Positions 37,901-47,017 of a DNA stretch of 63,697 nucleotides are shown piece by piece. Every line of letters starts with the position of its first letter. The stretch's first letter is position 1. The position numbers and the translations under genes were made by a program. The DNA lies in the NCBI GenBank assembly GCA_039798785.1, contig JBDKFG010000023.1:1-63697 (forward strand). Reading direction: 5' to 3'. This DNA is from Verrucomicrobiota bacterium. Lineage in GTDB: Bacteria; Verrucomicrobiota; Lentisphaeria; Lentisphaerales; Lentisphaeraceae. Under the pieces are notes generated by a model. That model did not search any database, was not told the origin of the DNA, and worked only from the letters and a program-made list of their open reading frames with translations.

Positions 37901-40900
37901 ACCCTGCTCACTGGCTTGCACCGCGGCTCCCCCGCCCGCTTCATGGCCTACGACGGCAGCGGCAAAGCCGAGCTCAAAGCCTTCAGGAACCTCAGCGCCT
38001 TCGGTCGCCAGATGGGCATCGAAATGCTCGACGCCATCACCCGCGACCACCCCGGCAGCGCCCCCGTCTCGATGCGTGAAGGCAACAGCAGCAAAGGCCA
38101 GTGGGACTGGGTCGAAAACCAATCGGAATACAACCAATCCGCCATCGGCGAAGACGCCCCCGAAAAACGCATCGGCCAGCGCACACCCGCCAACTTCACC
38201 CCGGAGGAGAAAACCGCGTGGGAAAGCGAGCTCGCCCGCCGCGACGACAAAGCCGAAGTCCTGCGCCAGCTCAAACACCACGCCGGCACACCCTGGGCCA
38301 AACAGGCCATCGAGGGCGTCTTCACCCGCGCCGCCGCCCGCCTGCTCCTCGAAGGCAAGACCCCGGACTTCCAGTCGGCGCTCGATTCCAGTAAGGTCAA
38401 AGGCATGCGCAAGGCCCTTGAAGGAGGACTCGAAAATTTCTGGTTTATGATCGCCACTCATAACGGCCTGCTCTCCGAAGCGGCCAAACCGGTCAACAAT
38501 GTCTCCAGCACCTTCCTCAACTGCCGCCCCAGCGACGACTGCGCCCAATATTGCTACGCCACCAAGGGCAATTACATCTTCAGCTCCTCGATGGTGAAGA
38601 GCGAGCTGGTCAGCCTCGCCGTCGAGATGGATCCCCCCCGCGCCGCCAAAGCCGTCGCTGACGAATACAAACGAACTCGGGAATTCTTAGAGAAAAAAGC
38701 CCTGCGCCTCTTCGACAAGGGCGACATCTCGGCCGAGTGGCTGCCCTTCATCGCTGAACTCGAAAAACAGGGTGTCCGCACCCACATCTTCAGCAAGCGC
38801 CCCGAGCTTCTGCGGCAGGTCAGCGACTTCCATGTCCGCCTCCTCAGCATCGACCAGAGCAACGCCACCCTTGCCGAGCAAAATCCCGACCTGCCTGTCG
38901 CCTATGTCTACACCGAACGCAGCCAGCTCGAAGAGATCGCCAAGCTGGTCAAACGCGGCCAGATGCAAGTCATCCTGCCGGTCAAAATGGGCAGCCGCAT
39001 CCTGCATGAAGACGAGGTTAAGCCGATCCGCGCCATCCCCGGCGCCAGCAAATACCTCTGCCCCATCGATGCCGGGGTCAAGGAACTGGGCAATGGCCGC
39101 AACAACACCTGGAACTGCACCAAATGTGATAAATCCGGTGGCGTCGGCTGTTATGTCGGCCAAAGCACAGAACGGATTAAGGGATACAATGAACACAAGG
39201 AGATCGACGAAGATGCCAGCCTCATCGAAAAAATCATCAACATCCGCAGCCGACTTCAATCTGCTGGAGGATCCGGAGTATCAACGCCTGATGGGCCTGT
39301 ATCAACAGGAACTGGCACCCCGGCTGGACGACTACTTCAACGAGGAGACGCAGGGATTGATTCTCAAGTGGACTCACTCCTTGGCGAACTATTGGCCCGT
39401 CTTGACCGAACAGGAAAGGCAGCGAGACCTCAGCGAAGCCCGGCTGATCTTGGCAGAACGAATGGATCAAATGCGCGAACTTCTGCGCCGGATCGAGACG
39501 CCGAAAGCGGCAGCACCTACCACCAATCCTCACTAGAGCCGTCCCGCAGCGCAGCGGAGGAAGGCGAGCTCTACCAGGATCGCACCGAGAGCTACCGCGA
39601 CCGCGACTGGAATGTTCCGGACGAACAGCTGAAGCCGCATGAAGGTAAGCAAGTCGCCCCGCCCCGCGCTTCCTTCACCCCCGCCACCAACCTCATCACC
39701 CTCTTCAAGACCGCCGACCGCAGCTCTTTCCTGCACGAATCCGGCCACTTCTTCCTCGAAGTCATGCGCGACCTCGCCCACCGCGACGGCGCATCGCCAG
39801 ACATCGTCGCCGACTGGGCTCTCATCGAGCAGCAGTTCGGCAATGCCGACGGTATCATCGACAAGCCCGGCCACGAACTCTTTGCCCGTAGCTTCGAAGG
39901 CTACCTCATGCGCGGCGAAGCCCCAAGCCCCGAGCTCCGCCCCCTCTTCGCCCAGTTTCGTGACTGGCTCCTCGCCGTCTACCACTCCCTCACCGGCCTC
40001 AACCACCGCGCCAGCCCCGAAGTCAAAAGCCTCTTCGATCGCATGCTCGCCAGCGACGAAGCCGTCGCCGCCACCCTCAGCCAGCAGCTCAAAAGCCAGC
40101 TCAGCCCCGAGCTTGCCAAGAAGCTCGGCATCAACGAAGCCGATTGGCAAGACTACCTCGCCGCTGCGGCCACCGCAAAAGATGAAGCGGTGAAAGCCAT
40201 CGACCAGGTCTACTGGCGCCCAGTCATGGACGCCATGAACGCCCACGCCGACAAGGTGCGAGCCATCCGAGCCGAGGTCGAAGCCGCCATCAAGGCCAAG
40301 CCCGCCTGGCAGGCCATCGAAGCCCTCCGCAAAGGTGCCCAACACCAACGCCTGAACACCGAAGCCCTCATCCGCCGCTTCGGCGAAACCCTAGTCAAGA
40401 AGCTCCCCCGCTTCGTTCCACCCCTGCACAGCGTCGACGGCGAGCTCTTCGCCGACGACTTCGCCCAGGCACACGGCTACGCCGACGCCGGCGACCTGAT
40501 CCAAGACCTGGCGGGCTTCGCCCCGCTCGAGGAGCAGATCCGCGCCGGAGTCGACGCCCGTCTCCGAGGTGAAGACGACCCGATGGAGATCGCCCGTTCC
40601 GAAGGTGCCCGCGCCGTCAACCAAGCCCTCCGCAAGGGCAAGATCGGCGAAGCCGGTGCCGCCGTCATCGCCCGTGAGCTCGTCATCCTCTCTGGCAAAG
40701 GCAAGCCATGGCAACACATCGAGCGCGCCCGCGCCGCCGCCCGCCAGCTCATGCTCAGCAGCCCGGCCAAGAAGATCCTCGCCCCCGCCATCTACGCCCG
40801 CGCCGCCGAACGCGAAGCCGCCACTGCCGCCCGACTCCTCACCGAAGTCGGCACCAAGCAAGCCGCCGAAGCCGGTTCCGGCATGGCGTCCGGCAGCCTG

Positions 40901-43492
40901 CGCCGCACCGTCGAAGCCGCCGGCACCATCCTCAGTATCGATGACAACCGAGCCAAAGCCGCCGCGGCCAAAGAGCGCCAGCTCATGCAGTACATGCTCG
41001 CCCGCGAAGCCGAGAAAGCTCGCGATGAACGCAACGGCATCTACGAGCGCCTGCTCGATCCCGTCGGCAAGGAGGTCCACGCCGAGTACAAGGCCATGAT
41101 CGAGGAGATCCGCCGCGCCATCCACATCTACCAGAACCCGGACAACCAGCGGCCCGAGCTCATCGCCTTCCTCCTGCGCGAGAAGAAAGCCGAGAACGGC
41201 GCTTGGATCACCCCAATCCCCGACGCCGTCCTCGATGCCTTTGCCGATGCCGACACCGGCATCAACAACCACCTGGCCATGTCCTTGGTCGAGCTCGACG
41301 AGTACGCCGCCACCATCGAAGCCCTGAAGATCACCGGCACCCGCAAGGCGCTGGCCGATTCCGAAGCTGCCAAGAAGGCCGAAGCCGCCCGCATCAAGCT
41401 CCTCGTCGAAGACATCGGCGGCGCCCAAGCCGCGCCTCCCTCCGGCCTCATCCAGCAGAACCCCCGCAGCCTCGGCGATTTCCTCCGCAGCGACGCAAAA
41501 GTCACCGACACCCAAGCTTGGAGCAATGTCCAAGGCTTCGCCGCCGCCTTCCTCCGCTACGAACAGATCATCGCCGTCCTCGACAACAGCGGCCTCGCCC
41601 AACGCATCGGCCAAGCCACCAAGCAGCTCTGGAAACCCATCGACCAGGCCCAGCACACCGAGAACGATCTCATCCTCGAAGCCAACAAGGAACTTCTCAA
41701 GGCCATCGACGCCATGCCCAAAGAGCAGCGGGCCAGCATGGATGACATCATCACCGTCCCGGAAGTCGGGCGCCAGTTCAAGCGCTCCGAGATCCTCATG
41801 GTCCTCCTCAACCTCGGCAACCGTGGCAACGCCGAAAAGCTCACCATTGGCTACAACTGGAGCGGCGCCCAGCTCGAAGCCATCATCAGCCACCTCAGCC
41901 CCGAAGACGCCCGCCTGGCGCAGCAGATCTGGGACGACATCGGCAAATGGTGGCCGAAGGTCAACGAGCTGCAGCTCCGCACCACCGGCCACGGCATCGG
42001 CAAGGTCAAGCCCCAGAGACTCCGCCTGCATCTCACCGACCGCAGCGGTGCCCCCGTCGAGGTCGAGCTCGAGGGCGGCTACTTCCCCGTCATCTACGAT
42101 CCCAACGCCGACAAGTCCGGCCGCATCTCCAACTTCGACGAGATGGCCGCGCTCCGCATGTTCCAAGGCGGCAGCCTGAGAGCCGAGACCAACCAGTCCT
42201 TTACCAAGGCCCGGACCAAAGCCGCCTACCCCATCCTGCTTGAGCTCGGCGCCCTGCGTCGCCACATCACCAACGTCGCCCACGACCTCAGCCACCGCGA
42301 AGCCATCGCCCAGGTGATGCGCACCCTGCAACACGCCGAAGTCCGCAGCGCCATCGAGAAGCGTGTCGGCCGCGGCGCCTACATGCAGCTGCAGCCCGCC
42401 ATCGAGGCCATTGCCAAGGGCAGCGAGATCGACAAAGGCCAGCAGAAAGCCAACGCCGTCCTCCGCCATGTCCGCTCCGGCGTCACCTACATGGGCCTGG
42501 GCTTCCGCTTCTCCACCGCCATCGTCCAGACCCTCGGCTACGGCAACGCCATCGAGATCATCGGCCCCGCCGCCATTGCCAAGGGCATCGCCGCCAGCTT
42601 CAACACCCCGGAGGGCTTCGAGTCCGCCCGCGCCGCCATGCTCGCCAAATCCGGCGAAATGCGCCACCGCCACAACAGCCTCGACCGCGACCTCGCCGAC
42701 AGCATCAAGACCCTCGGCAACGATCTCAGCAAGGTCGACAAGTTCCGCCAGTGGTCATTCTGGATGATCAACGAGATGGACCGCGCCGTCACCACCCCGA
42801 CCTGGTGGGGCGCCTATCTCGACCACCTGCAGCAGCACCCGACGCAAGAAGACGAAGCCATCGCCCTCGCCGACCGCGCCGTGCGCTTATCGCAAGGCGC
42901 AGGCGGCACCAAAGACATCGCCGGCTGGCAGCGCGGCAGCGAGCTGCAGAAGCTCTTCACCATGTTCTACACCCCCATGAACGCCGTCTTCAACCGCCTC
43001 TGGGCCCATAGCCGCGCCTTCCGCACCGCCTGGCAGGAAGACCGCGCCACCGCCATGCGCATGATCCCCAACCTGATGATGCGCTACTTCCTCTTGTCGC
43101 TGCTCCCTGGCGTGCTCCTCGCCGCCATCCGCGGCAAACTCCCCGAGGACGACGAATCCTGGCTCGAATGGCTGGCCAAGAACAACCTGCTCTACCTCGC
43201 CGGCGTCCTTCCCTTCGTCCGCGACATCATCCCCACCATCGCCGGCAAAGGCACAGGCCAGATGACGCCCGCCTCCCAGGCCATCGGCGCCATCACCGCC
43301 GTCGGCCACCACGCCTTCGACGACGAAGACGACTGGGGTAACCCCGAAGCCTGGCTCGACTCCGTCGACATGATCGGCTACGTCTTCCGCCTGCCTATGG
43401 ATCAGCTCACCACCATCGTCCACAACCTGATGGAAGCGGGGAGAATGGGCGACGAGCCGCTGGGGGTGAAGGATTTGATGAGGAGGAGGTGA
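34925..43492 (+). CDS. Giant polyvalent ejection protein (gp16 position) with JAB/RadC, GP88-like Cys and zincin domains
   Basis: ~2855 aa, ATGA-coupled; E..HNHPGG..S..D, CRPSDDCAQYCYA, FLHESGH...HELFARSFEGY, GGYFPVIYD. Confidence 0.85.
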   Translation: MNLETPNEPSVPPLRIHLTPEQQAEADAHRAKEDKAAFLARHPEWNKPLAPDFDGEHSAALEDAKERLAMAAVGALNRARREPNAAVYGATKDLGESFQVLEPAADDIVRQKQINSMERAYQSTAHADLIQHIKAHPELSYLLTEGDLKNFSGVKANLKRFSFAWQRGMLSNELAELRNKQADGKYLDADQRIRMRELSEKLANHGDSSDGSFLAYSATTMGEMLPFMGSVIGTTVEGTLAGALAGTAIEPGGGTAVGALSGLERSAVINLARVANYFSRARSAKIGGTLATIHGSEQLETGMSMDRYIQEFTAAHGRAPNETEIAELGRSANISGHLKGALEVLPLHSALHFAGGAGQRLIQRLGIKSPLAVAALGSLAAVTGQTIVEGSEEMAQQAGELAFSPTAHSGAQWLDEIFDAGKGGATAGLWLGLLPALFSGARSYHGQKDANSTAELQSAITDQAKIDAAHAGAATLQSIHQQVKASDLAKLGDKTAFETLAKDIAKDSPITEITLDSASLAKVIAVERQSVKDSLQQRFPDLADQIASRAAVTMSLADYIAHIAPLGKSDELLPGAHLDQSGFSLEQAQQREAELKTNMPAILKAAQDAENNAGSLSESAQKVREEVQAIATAQGVDDEQAMLWGYLYGNFFATQGRRSGQDPHELFKSYGWNLKTAGTAAESRDIVSPETPDAAPSQTQNATAAALAYARAAESSQSSGMGEVREGESVAASDAPSPLHGDHPAAGSELGSPQPEQLTLSLPGEPQPVFYDEVGMSKIGTWDAGLKELLTHADLARATAAIAADPQENVLAVATDKKGKILAVHSVTRGTLDRSSLHPREIVTWLAAYPKAAHLWLSHNHPGGDSSLSPQDLKTSEALDDILRDTHIRYHGLIAVANNGSGIRWTAPDFTSGTATPALGKHLVPHVKRSFVKQTGQGMMMTSPDQIIRMMKAENREDESALLLVNTRNRLVGIFPYDIASATHLRGTERLKTLLTGLHRGSPARFMAYDGSGKAELKAFRNLSAFGRQMGIEMLDAITRDHPGSAPVSMREGNSSKGQWDWVENQSEYNQSAIGEDAPEKRIGQRTPANFTPEEKTAWESELARRDDKAEVLRQLKHHAGTPWAKQAIEGVFTRAAARLLLEGKTPDFQSALDSSKVKGMRKALEGGLENFWFMIATHNGLLSEAAKPVNNVSSTFLNCRPSDDCAQYCYATKGNYIFSSSMVKSELVSLAVEMDPPRAAKAVADEYKRTREFLEKKALRLFDKGDISAEWLPFIAELEKQGVRTHIFSKRPELLRQVSDFHVRLLSIDQSNATLAEQNPDLPVAYVYTERSQLEEIAKLVKRGQMQVILPVKMGSRILHEDEVKPIRAIPGASKYLCPIDAGVKELGNGRNNTWNCTKCDKSGGVGCYVGQSTERIKGYNEHKEIDEDASLIEKIINIRSRLQSAGGSGVSTPDGPVSTGTGTPAGRLLQRGDAGIDSQVDSLLGELLARLDRTGKAARPQRSPADLGRTNGSNARTSAPDRDAESGSTYHQSSLEPSRSAAEEGELYQDRTESYRDRDWNVPDEQLKPHEGKQVAPPRASFTPATNLITLFKTADRSSFLHESGHFFLEVMRDLAHRDGASPDIVADWALIEQQFGNADGIIDKPGHELFARSFEGYLMRGEAPSPELRPLFAQFRDWLLAVYHSLTGLNHRASPEVKSLFDRMLASDEAVAATLSQQLKSQLSPELAKKLGINEADWQDYLAAAATAKDEAVKAIDQVYWRPVMDAMNAHADKVRAIRAEVEAAIKAKPAWQAIEALRKGAQHQRLNTEALIRRFGETLVKKLPRFVPPLHSVDGELFADDFAQAHGYADAGDLIQDLAGFAPLEEQIRAGVDARLRGEDDPMEIARSEGARAVNQALRKGKIGEAGAAVIARELVILSGKGKPWQHIERARAAARQLMLSSPAKKILAPAIYARAAEREAATAARLLTEVGTKQAAEAGSGMASGSLRRTVEAAGTILSIDDNRAKAAAAKERQLMQYMLAREAEKARDERNGIYERLLDPVGKEVHAEYKAMIEEIRRAIHIYQNPDNQRPELIAFLLREKKAENGAWITPIPDAVLDAFADADTGINNHLAMSLVELDEYAATIEALKITGTRKALADSEAAKKAEAARIKLLVEDIGGAQAAPPSGLIQQNPRSLGDFLRSDAKVTDTQAWSNVQGFAAAFLRYEQIIAVLDNSGLAQRIGQATKQLWKPIDQAQHTENDLILEANKELLKAIDAMPKEQRASMDDIITVPEVGRQFKRSEILMVLLNLGNRGNAEKLTIGYNWSGAQLEAIISHLSPEDARLAQQIWDDIGKWWPKVNELQLRTTGHGIGKVKPQRLRLHLTDRSGAPVEVELEGGYFPVIYDPNADKSGRISNFDEMAALRMFQGGSLRAETNQSFTKARTKAAYPILLELGALRRHITNVAHDLSHREAIAQVMRTLQHAEVRSAIEKRVGRGAYMQLQPAIEAIAKGSEIDKGQQKANAVLRHVRSGVTYMGLGFRFSTAIVQTLGYGNAIEIIGPAAIAKGIAASFNTPEGFESARAAMLAKSGEMRHRHNSLDRDLADSIKTLGNDLSKVDKFRQWSFWMINEMDRAVTTPTWWGAYLDHLQQHPTQEDEAIALADRAVRLSQGAGGTKDIAGWQRGSELQKLFTMFYTPMNAVFNRLWAHSRAFRTAWQEDRATAMRMIPNLMMRYFLLSLLPGVLLAAIRGKLPEDDESWLEWLAKNNLLYLAGVLPFVRDIIPTIAGKGTGQMTPASQAIGAITAVGHHAFDDEDDWGNPEAWLDSVDMIGYVFRLPMDQLTTIVHNLMEAGRMGDEPLGVKDLMRRR
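37002..37199 (+). CDS. Nested +1-frame ORF inside the giant gene (65 aa)
   Basis: Extended -10 TGATATCGT (36976-36984), GGAG 7 nt before ATG, local codon-bias switch. Confidence 0.5.
   Translation: MQPLRKLRMPPPPRLLTPAQQNRRNLLEWEKFERENPWLLVTRPAPYMGITPPPGQNWEVHSPSN
39213..39536 (+). CDS. Nested +1-frame ORF inside the giant gene (107 aa, helical)
   Basis: TACAAT (39185-39190), AAGGAG (39197-39202), ATG; G/C-ending codons in this frame while the host frame turns A/T-ending and linker-like. Confidence 0.65.
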   Translation: MPASSKKSSTSAADFNLLEDPEYQRLMGLYQQELAPRLDDYFNEETQGLILKWTHSLANYWPVLTEQERQRDLSEARLILAERMDQMRELLRRIETPKAAAPTTNPH

Positions 43493-43494
43493 AA

Positions 43495-43522
43495 CAAAAG
43501 CCCCGCCAGAAATGGCGGGGCT
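43495..43522. terminator. Terminator between convergent genes
   Basis: AGCCCCGCCA-GAAA-TGGCGGGGCT with a T run on the minus strand. Confidence 0.75.
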
Positions 43523-43594
43523 CACAGCGGGATCAGCTCTTTCAGTTATTCATAGCCCCCAAGACTCACTTTTTTTCCTGCATGGATACTGATC

Positions 43595-44035
43595 TCAAAA
43601 TACATTAGCTACATCGTCGAAATTCTTTTCGCTTCTCGCCTGATTTTCAGCAGACCTAAATTTAAAAGATGGAACTTGACTTCTGAGCTGATCTATAATA
43701 TAGTCAACAAGCTGATCGTGATTATTTTTATACAGGTCTCCAATCATGTTCTCGGCATCATCTTTTATTGACTTAAATTGAATATTTCTATCTGGATCAA
43801 ATCCAGGATTTTCAAGCTCTGCCGCGCGTCTCGCTTCATTCATTACTCCTTTCAATACAATGATGCAAACATCCCGCTTAAGCTCATGCTCTCTGCTTAG
43901 CTTTGGCGATGGTGCCATTACATAATTTAAGAAAAACAATCCAACGCCTATCGCCGCCAAAATCCACGAGGTGAAAAATGAAGCAATGACTAGCACAATG
44001 GCTGCAATCCCGATAAACGGCGCAAAAAAACCCAT
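43595..44035 (-). CDS. AT-rich 2-TM hypothetical protein
   Basis: AAGGAG RBS; N-terminal TM hairpin. Confidence 0.7.
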   Translation of the reverse strand: MGFFAPFIGIAAIVLVIASFFTSWILAAIGVGLFFLNYVMAPSPKLSREHELKRDVCIIVLKGVMNEARRAAELENPGFDPDRNIQFKSIKDDAENMIGDLYKNNHDQLVDYIIDQLRSQVPSFKFRSAENQARSEKNFDDVANVF

Positions 44036-44052
44036 TTTTAAACTCCTTTTTT

Positions 44053-44526
44053 TTAATCTCTTTTATAGAAGAAATGACCTGTAGATGTTTCTACAGAGAC
44101 TTGGCCAACCTGGTATAAAAACGAAAATATAATCTCTGAGTCATTTGCTGCTTTCAGGATTGTATCATTATATATGCTTTTTGTGATGCTGCCACCAATA
44201 ATAAATGAAACAGGAACAAGAATTAAACAAATCCAAGAGATTAAAAAACAACAAACAATAGATCCAATTACACCTGCAAGACCGATAAACATACCAATTG
44301 ATGAACCGGATTTCCCGTCTGTAATAATGGATTCAATACCTGGTTCCATGTGTATGGAAAAACGAGTTATTTTTGCTTGCCCATGATTTACATTCTGCAT
44401 AAGCTCATGATAACTCTTAAATGGAAAGTCTTTCAACCCTTCGACATTCAACGAATGATACCGTCCTTTAGCTTTCATATCATCCATTATTTTAACGATC
44501 AAAGATTCGCTATTCTGTCGCGACAT
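44053..44526 (-). CDS. AT-rich 2-TM hypothetical protein
   Basis: AAGGAG RBS, ATG at 44526; central TM hairpin. Confidence 0.7.
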   Translation of the reverse strand: MSRQNSESLIVKIMDDMKAKGRYHSLNVEGLKDFPFKSYHELMQNVNHGQAKITRFSIHMEPGIESIITDGKSGSSIGMFIGLAGVIGSIVCCFLISWICLILVPVSFIIGGSITKSIYNDTILKAANDSEIIFSFLYQVGQVSVETSTGHFFYKRD

Positions 44527-44577
44527 ATACAACTCCTTTTTTTATCTGTTTTAAGCAGCTCATTACCATCACGCCCA

Positions 44578-46995
44578 TCACGCCCCCCAATCGTACAAAT
44601 ACCGCTGAAAGCCCACAAACACCTTGCGAACCTCCTTCATCTGTCCGAGCACTGCTTCCGCATCCGAGAGAGAATGGTATTTGAGCTCGAGGAGCGTCTT
44701 GATCTTCTTCAGCTCCAGCTCATCCACCCCCTCCTGCACATAGTGCTCCAGGACGAAGTCGAGGAAGGCCTGCTGCTTCGCATTGAAGTGCGCCGGCAGC
44801 TCTTTCTTCGCCTTGCCGGCACGATCGACCCGAGACAAAGGCGGCAGCGCATAGGCCACATGCGCCAGCACGTCGTATAGATCGCTGTCTTCGGCCTCGA
44901 TCAGCTTCTGCATCTCGCTAAGCTGATCTTTACCAAAGCCGGATTCCGCCAGACGCTCCAGCAGTTGCCGACGCGTCTCCGGCTCACTCCAGATCCGCTT
45001 CAGCTCAGCTTCGTCCTTGAAGTGCTCCGGCAACTTGCCAAACAGCATCTCCATGAACTGCTGCGCCGACAGCGGCGTCCCGTCGGGATGCCAAAAACTG
45101 GTGACGATCATGTGCTTGATCCGCCGCGCCTTGCCATCCGCGAGGATGATCGTCGTCGGCAGGCAGACACAAGGCTTCCGGCCGCATTTCGGGCAGCCGG
45201 GCCGCACACATTCGCAGGGGCGCCGACTGCACACTGGGCAGTCCTTCGAGCACTCACAGAGGACCTTGCCGCAGCGCTTGCAGGGGCCAGGGGGGCGCGC
45301 CTCGCACACACACGGGCTCACCTGGCACTTCTTGCACACATCCGCTTCCGGCTCGCCGTCCCACTCCGGGTCGCTAAAGTGATGGTGCGCCTCCTCGAAG
45401 TCGTGAATCGTGAAGTATTCCTTGCCCTCATACAGGCGGGTGCCACGGCCGATGATCTGCTTGAACTCAATCATCGAGTTCACCGGGCGCAGCAAAACGA
45501 TGTGGCGCACATTCCGGGCGTCGACCCCGGTCGAGAGCTTCTGCGACGTGGTCAAAATCGTCGGCAAGGTCTTCTCGTTGTCCTGGAAGTCGCGCAGGGC
45601 CTGATCCCCGATCTCGCCATCATCTGCCGTCACCCGTTTGCAGAAGTCCGGCACGCCAGGATGGAGCTGGTTGATGCAGTCCCGGATCGCCAGGGCGTGA
45701 TCCTGATTGGCGCAGAAGACGATCGACTTCTCGTGGCGCTTCATCTCCTTCATGAAGAACTCCACCCGCTTGCGCTCCCGCTCCGGGATCACAATCGTCC
45801 GGTTGAAGTCCTTCCCCGTGTAAACCTTGCCCTTCTCCACCTCGCCCTTCGCCGTGTCGTCCGGAGTGTAGATGTATTTATCCATCGAGGTGATGTATTG
45901 CTTCACCCGGAAAGGCGTCAAGAAACCGTCATTGATGCCGTCCTTCAGCGAATAGACGAAGACCGGCTCGCCGAAGTAAGCGTAGGTGTCGGCGTTGTCC
46001 TTGCGCTTCGGCGTCGCGGTCAGGCCGAGCTGCACCGCCGGGCTGAAGTATTCCAAAATCGCTCGCCAGGTACTTTCGTCCTGAGCCCCGCCGCGGTGGC
46101 ATTCGTCGATGATGATGAAGTCGAAGAAGTCCGGCGGGTATTCGCCGAAGTAGGGGCTGGGCTGGCCGTCCTTGGGCGGGCCGCTCATGAAGGTCTGAAA
46201 GATGGTGAAGAAGATGCTGCCGTTCTTCGGCACGCTGCCCTTCTTCTTGATCTCCTCCGGCGCGATCCGCACCAGGGCATCTTCCGGGAAGGCCGAGAAG
46301 GCGTTGAAGGCCTGATTGGCAAGGACATTGCGGTCGGCAAGGAACAGGATGCGCGGACGCCGGCTCGGTGCCCCTTCCTGGCCCCATTCCTTCAGGTTCC
46401 AGCGGCTGTAAAATAGCTTCCAGGCAAGCTGGAAGGCGATGAAGGTCTTGCCGGTGCCCGTGGCCAGGGTGAGGAGGATCCGCGACTTCTTCTCGGCAAC
46501 GGCGGTAAGCACCGCTTCAATCGCGTTGTCCTGGTAGTAACGCCCCTGGAAAGTCCCTCCCTTGTCCTCGAAGGGCACCGCAGCGAAGCGGTCGCGCCAA
46601 GCGTTTTCAGTGGCGAAGGTGCGTCGCCATAGCTCTTCCGGGCCGGGGAAGCTGGTTATCTCGCCCTCTTGCCCTTGCATGTCGATGCCGTAAAAGCCCT
46701 GACCGTTGCTCGAGTAGGCGAAGCGAATCTTCAGTCGCTGCGCGTAGTCCTTCGCCTGTCCGACGCCTTCCGTCAGCGCCAGATCCCAGGCCTTGGCCTC
46801 AATCACTGCCAGCTTGGTGTTACGATATTCCAGGATGTAGTCCGCTTTCAGCGCCTTGCCGCGGCGGCCGGCGCCCTCGATCCGCCCCAGGGTGATGACA
46901 AACTCGCGCCGCACGCGGCTGCCCTCGACCACGCCCCATCCCGCAGCCTTCAAAGCTGGGTCGATGTGCTCCGCTCGCGTTTCGGCTTCGTTCAT
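44578..46995 (-). CDS. hsdR: Type I restriction subunit R (EcoAI-like)
   Basis: MNEAETR start, ADY...IEAK nuclease, ATGTGKT, DECH, LTATP, QIIGRGTR. Confidence 0.92.
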   Translation of the reverse strand: MNEAETRAEHIDPALKAAGWGVVEGSRVRREFVITLGRIEGAGRRGKALKADYILEYRNTKLAVIEAKAWDLALTEGVGQAKDYAQRLKIRFAYSSNGQGFYGIDMQGQEGEITSFPGPEELWRRTFATENAWRDRFAAVPFEDKGGTFQGRYYQDNAIEAVLTAVAEKKSRILLTLATGTGKTFIAFQLAWKLFYSRWNLKEWGQEGAPSRRPRILFLADRNVLANQAFNAFSAFPEDALVRIAPEEIKKKGSVPKNGSIFFTIFQTFMSGPPKDGQPSPYFGEYPPDFFDFIIIDECHRGGAQDESTWRAILEYFSPAVQLGLTATPKRKDNADTYAYFGEPVFVYSLKDGINDGFLTPFRVKQYITSMDKYIYTPDDTAKGEVEKGKVYTGKDFNRTIVIPERERKRVEFFMKEMKRHEKSIVFCANQDHALAIRDCINQLHPGVPDFCKRVTADDGEIGDQALRDFQDNEKTLPTILTTSQKLSTGVDARNVRHIVLLRPVNSMIEFKQIIGRGTRLYEGKEYFTIHDFEEAHHHFSDPEWDGEPEADVCKKCQVSPCVCEARPPGPCKRCGKVLCECSKDCPVCSRRPCECVRPGCPKCGRKPCVCLPTTIILADGKARRIKHMIVTSFWHPDGTPLSAQQFMEMLFGKLPEHFKDEAELKRIWSEPETRRQLLERLAESGFGKDQLSEMQKLIEAEDSDLYDVLAHVAYALPPLSRVDRAGKAKKELPAHFNAKQQAFLDFVLEHYVQEGVDELELKKIKTLLELKYHSLSDAEAVLGQMKEVRKVFVGFQRYLYDWGA

Positions 46996-47017
46996 GGGGA
47001 TACCTGTGTTTTCCGGG

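Noticed and set aside
38772..39188. Upstream extension of nested ORF 2
   Set aside because: Ser/Pro/Thr-rich shadow translation; the codon switch and RBS start only near 39190
40391..42673. Long antisense ORFs (also 4378-6165, 19004-20614, 21203-22735, 44965-46416 and others)
   Set aside because: Shadow frames of GC-biased genes; no RBS or motifs and no disturbance of the sense-frame codon bias, unlike the two nested ORFs
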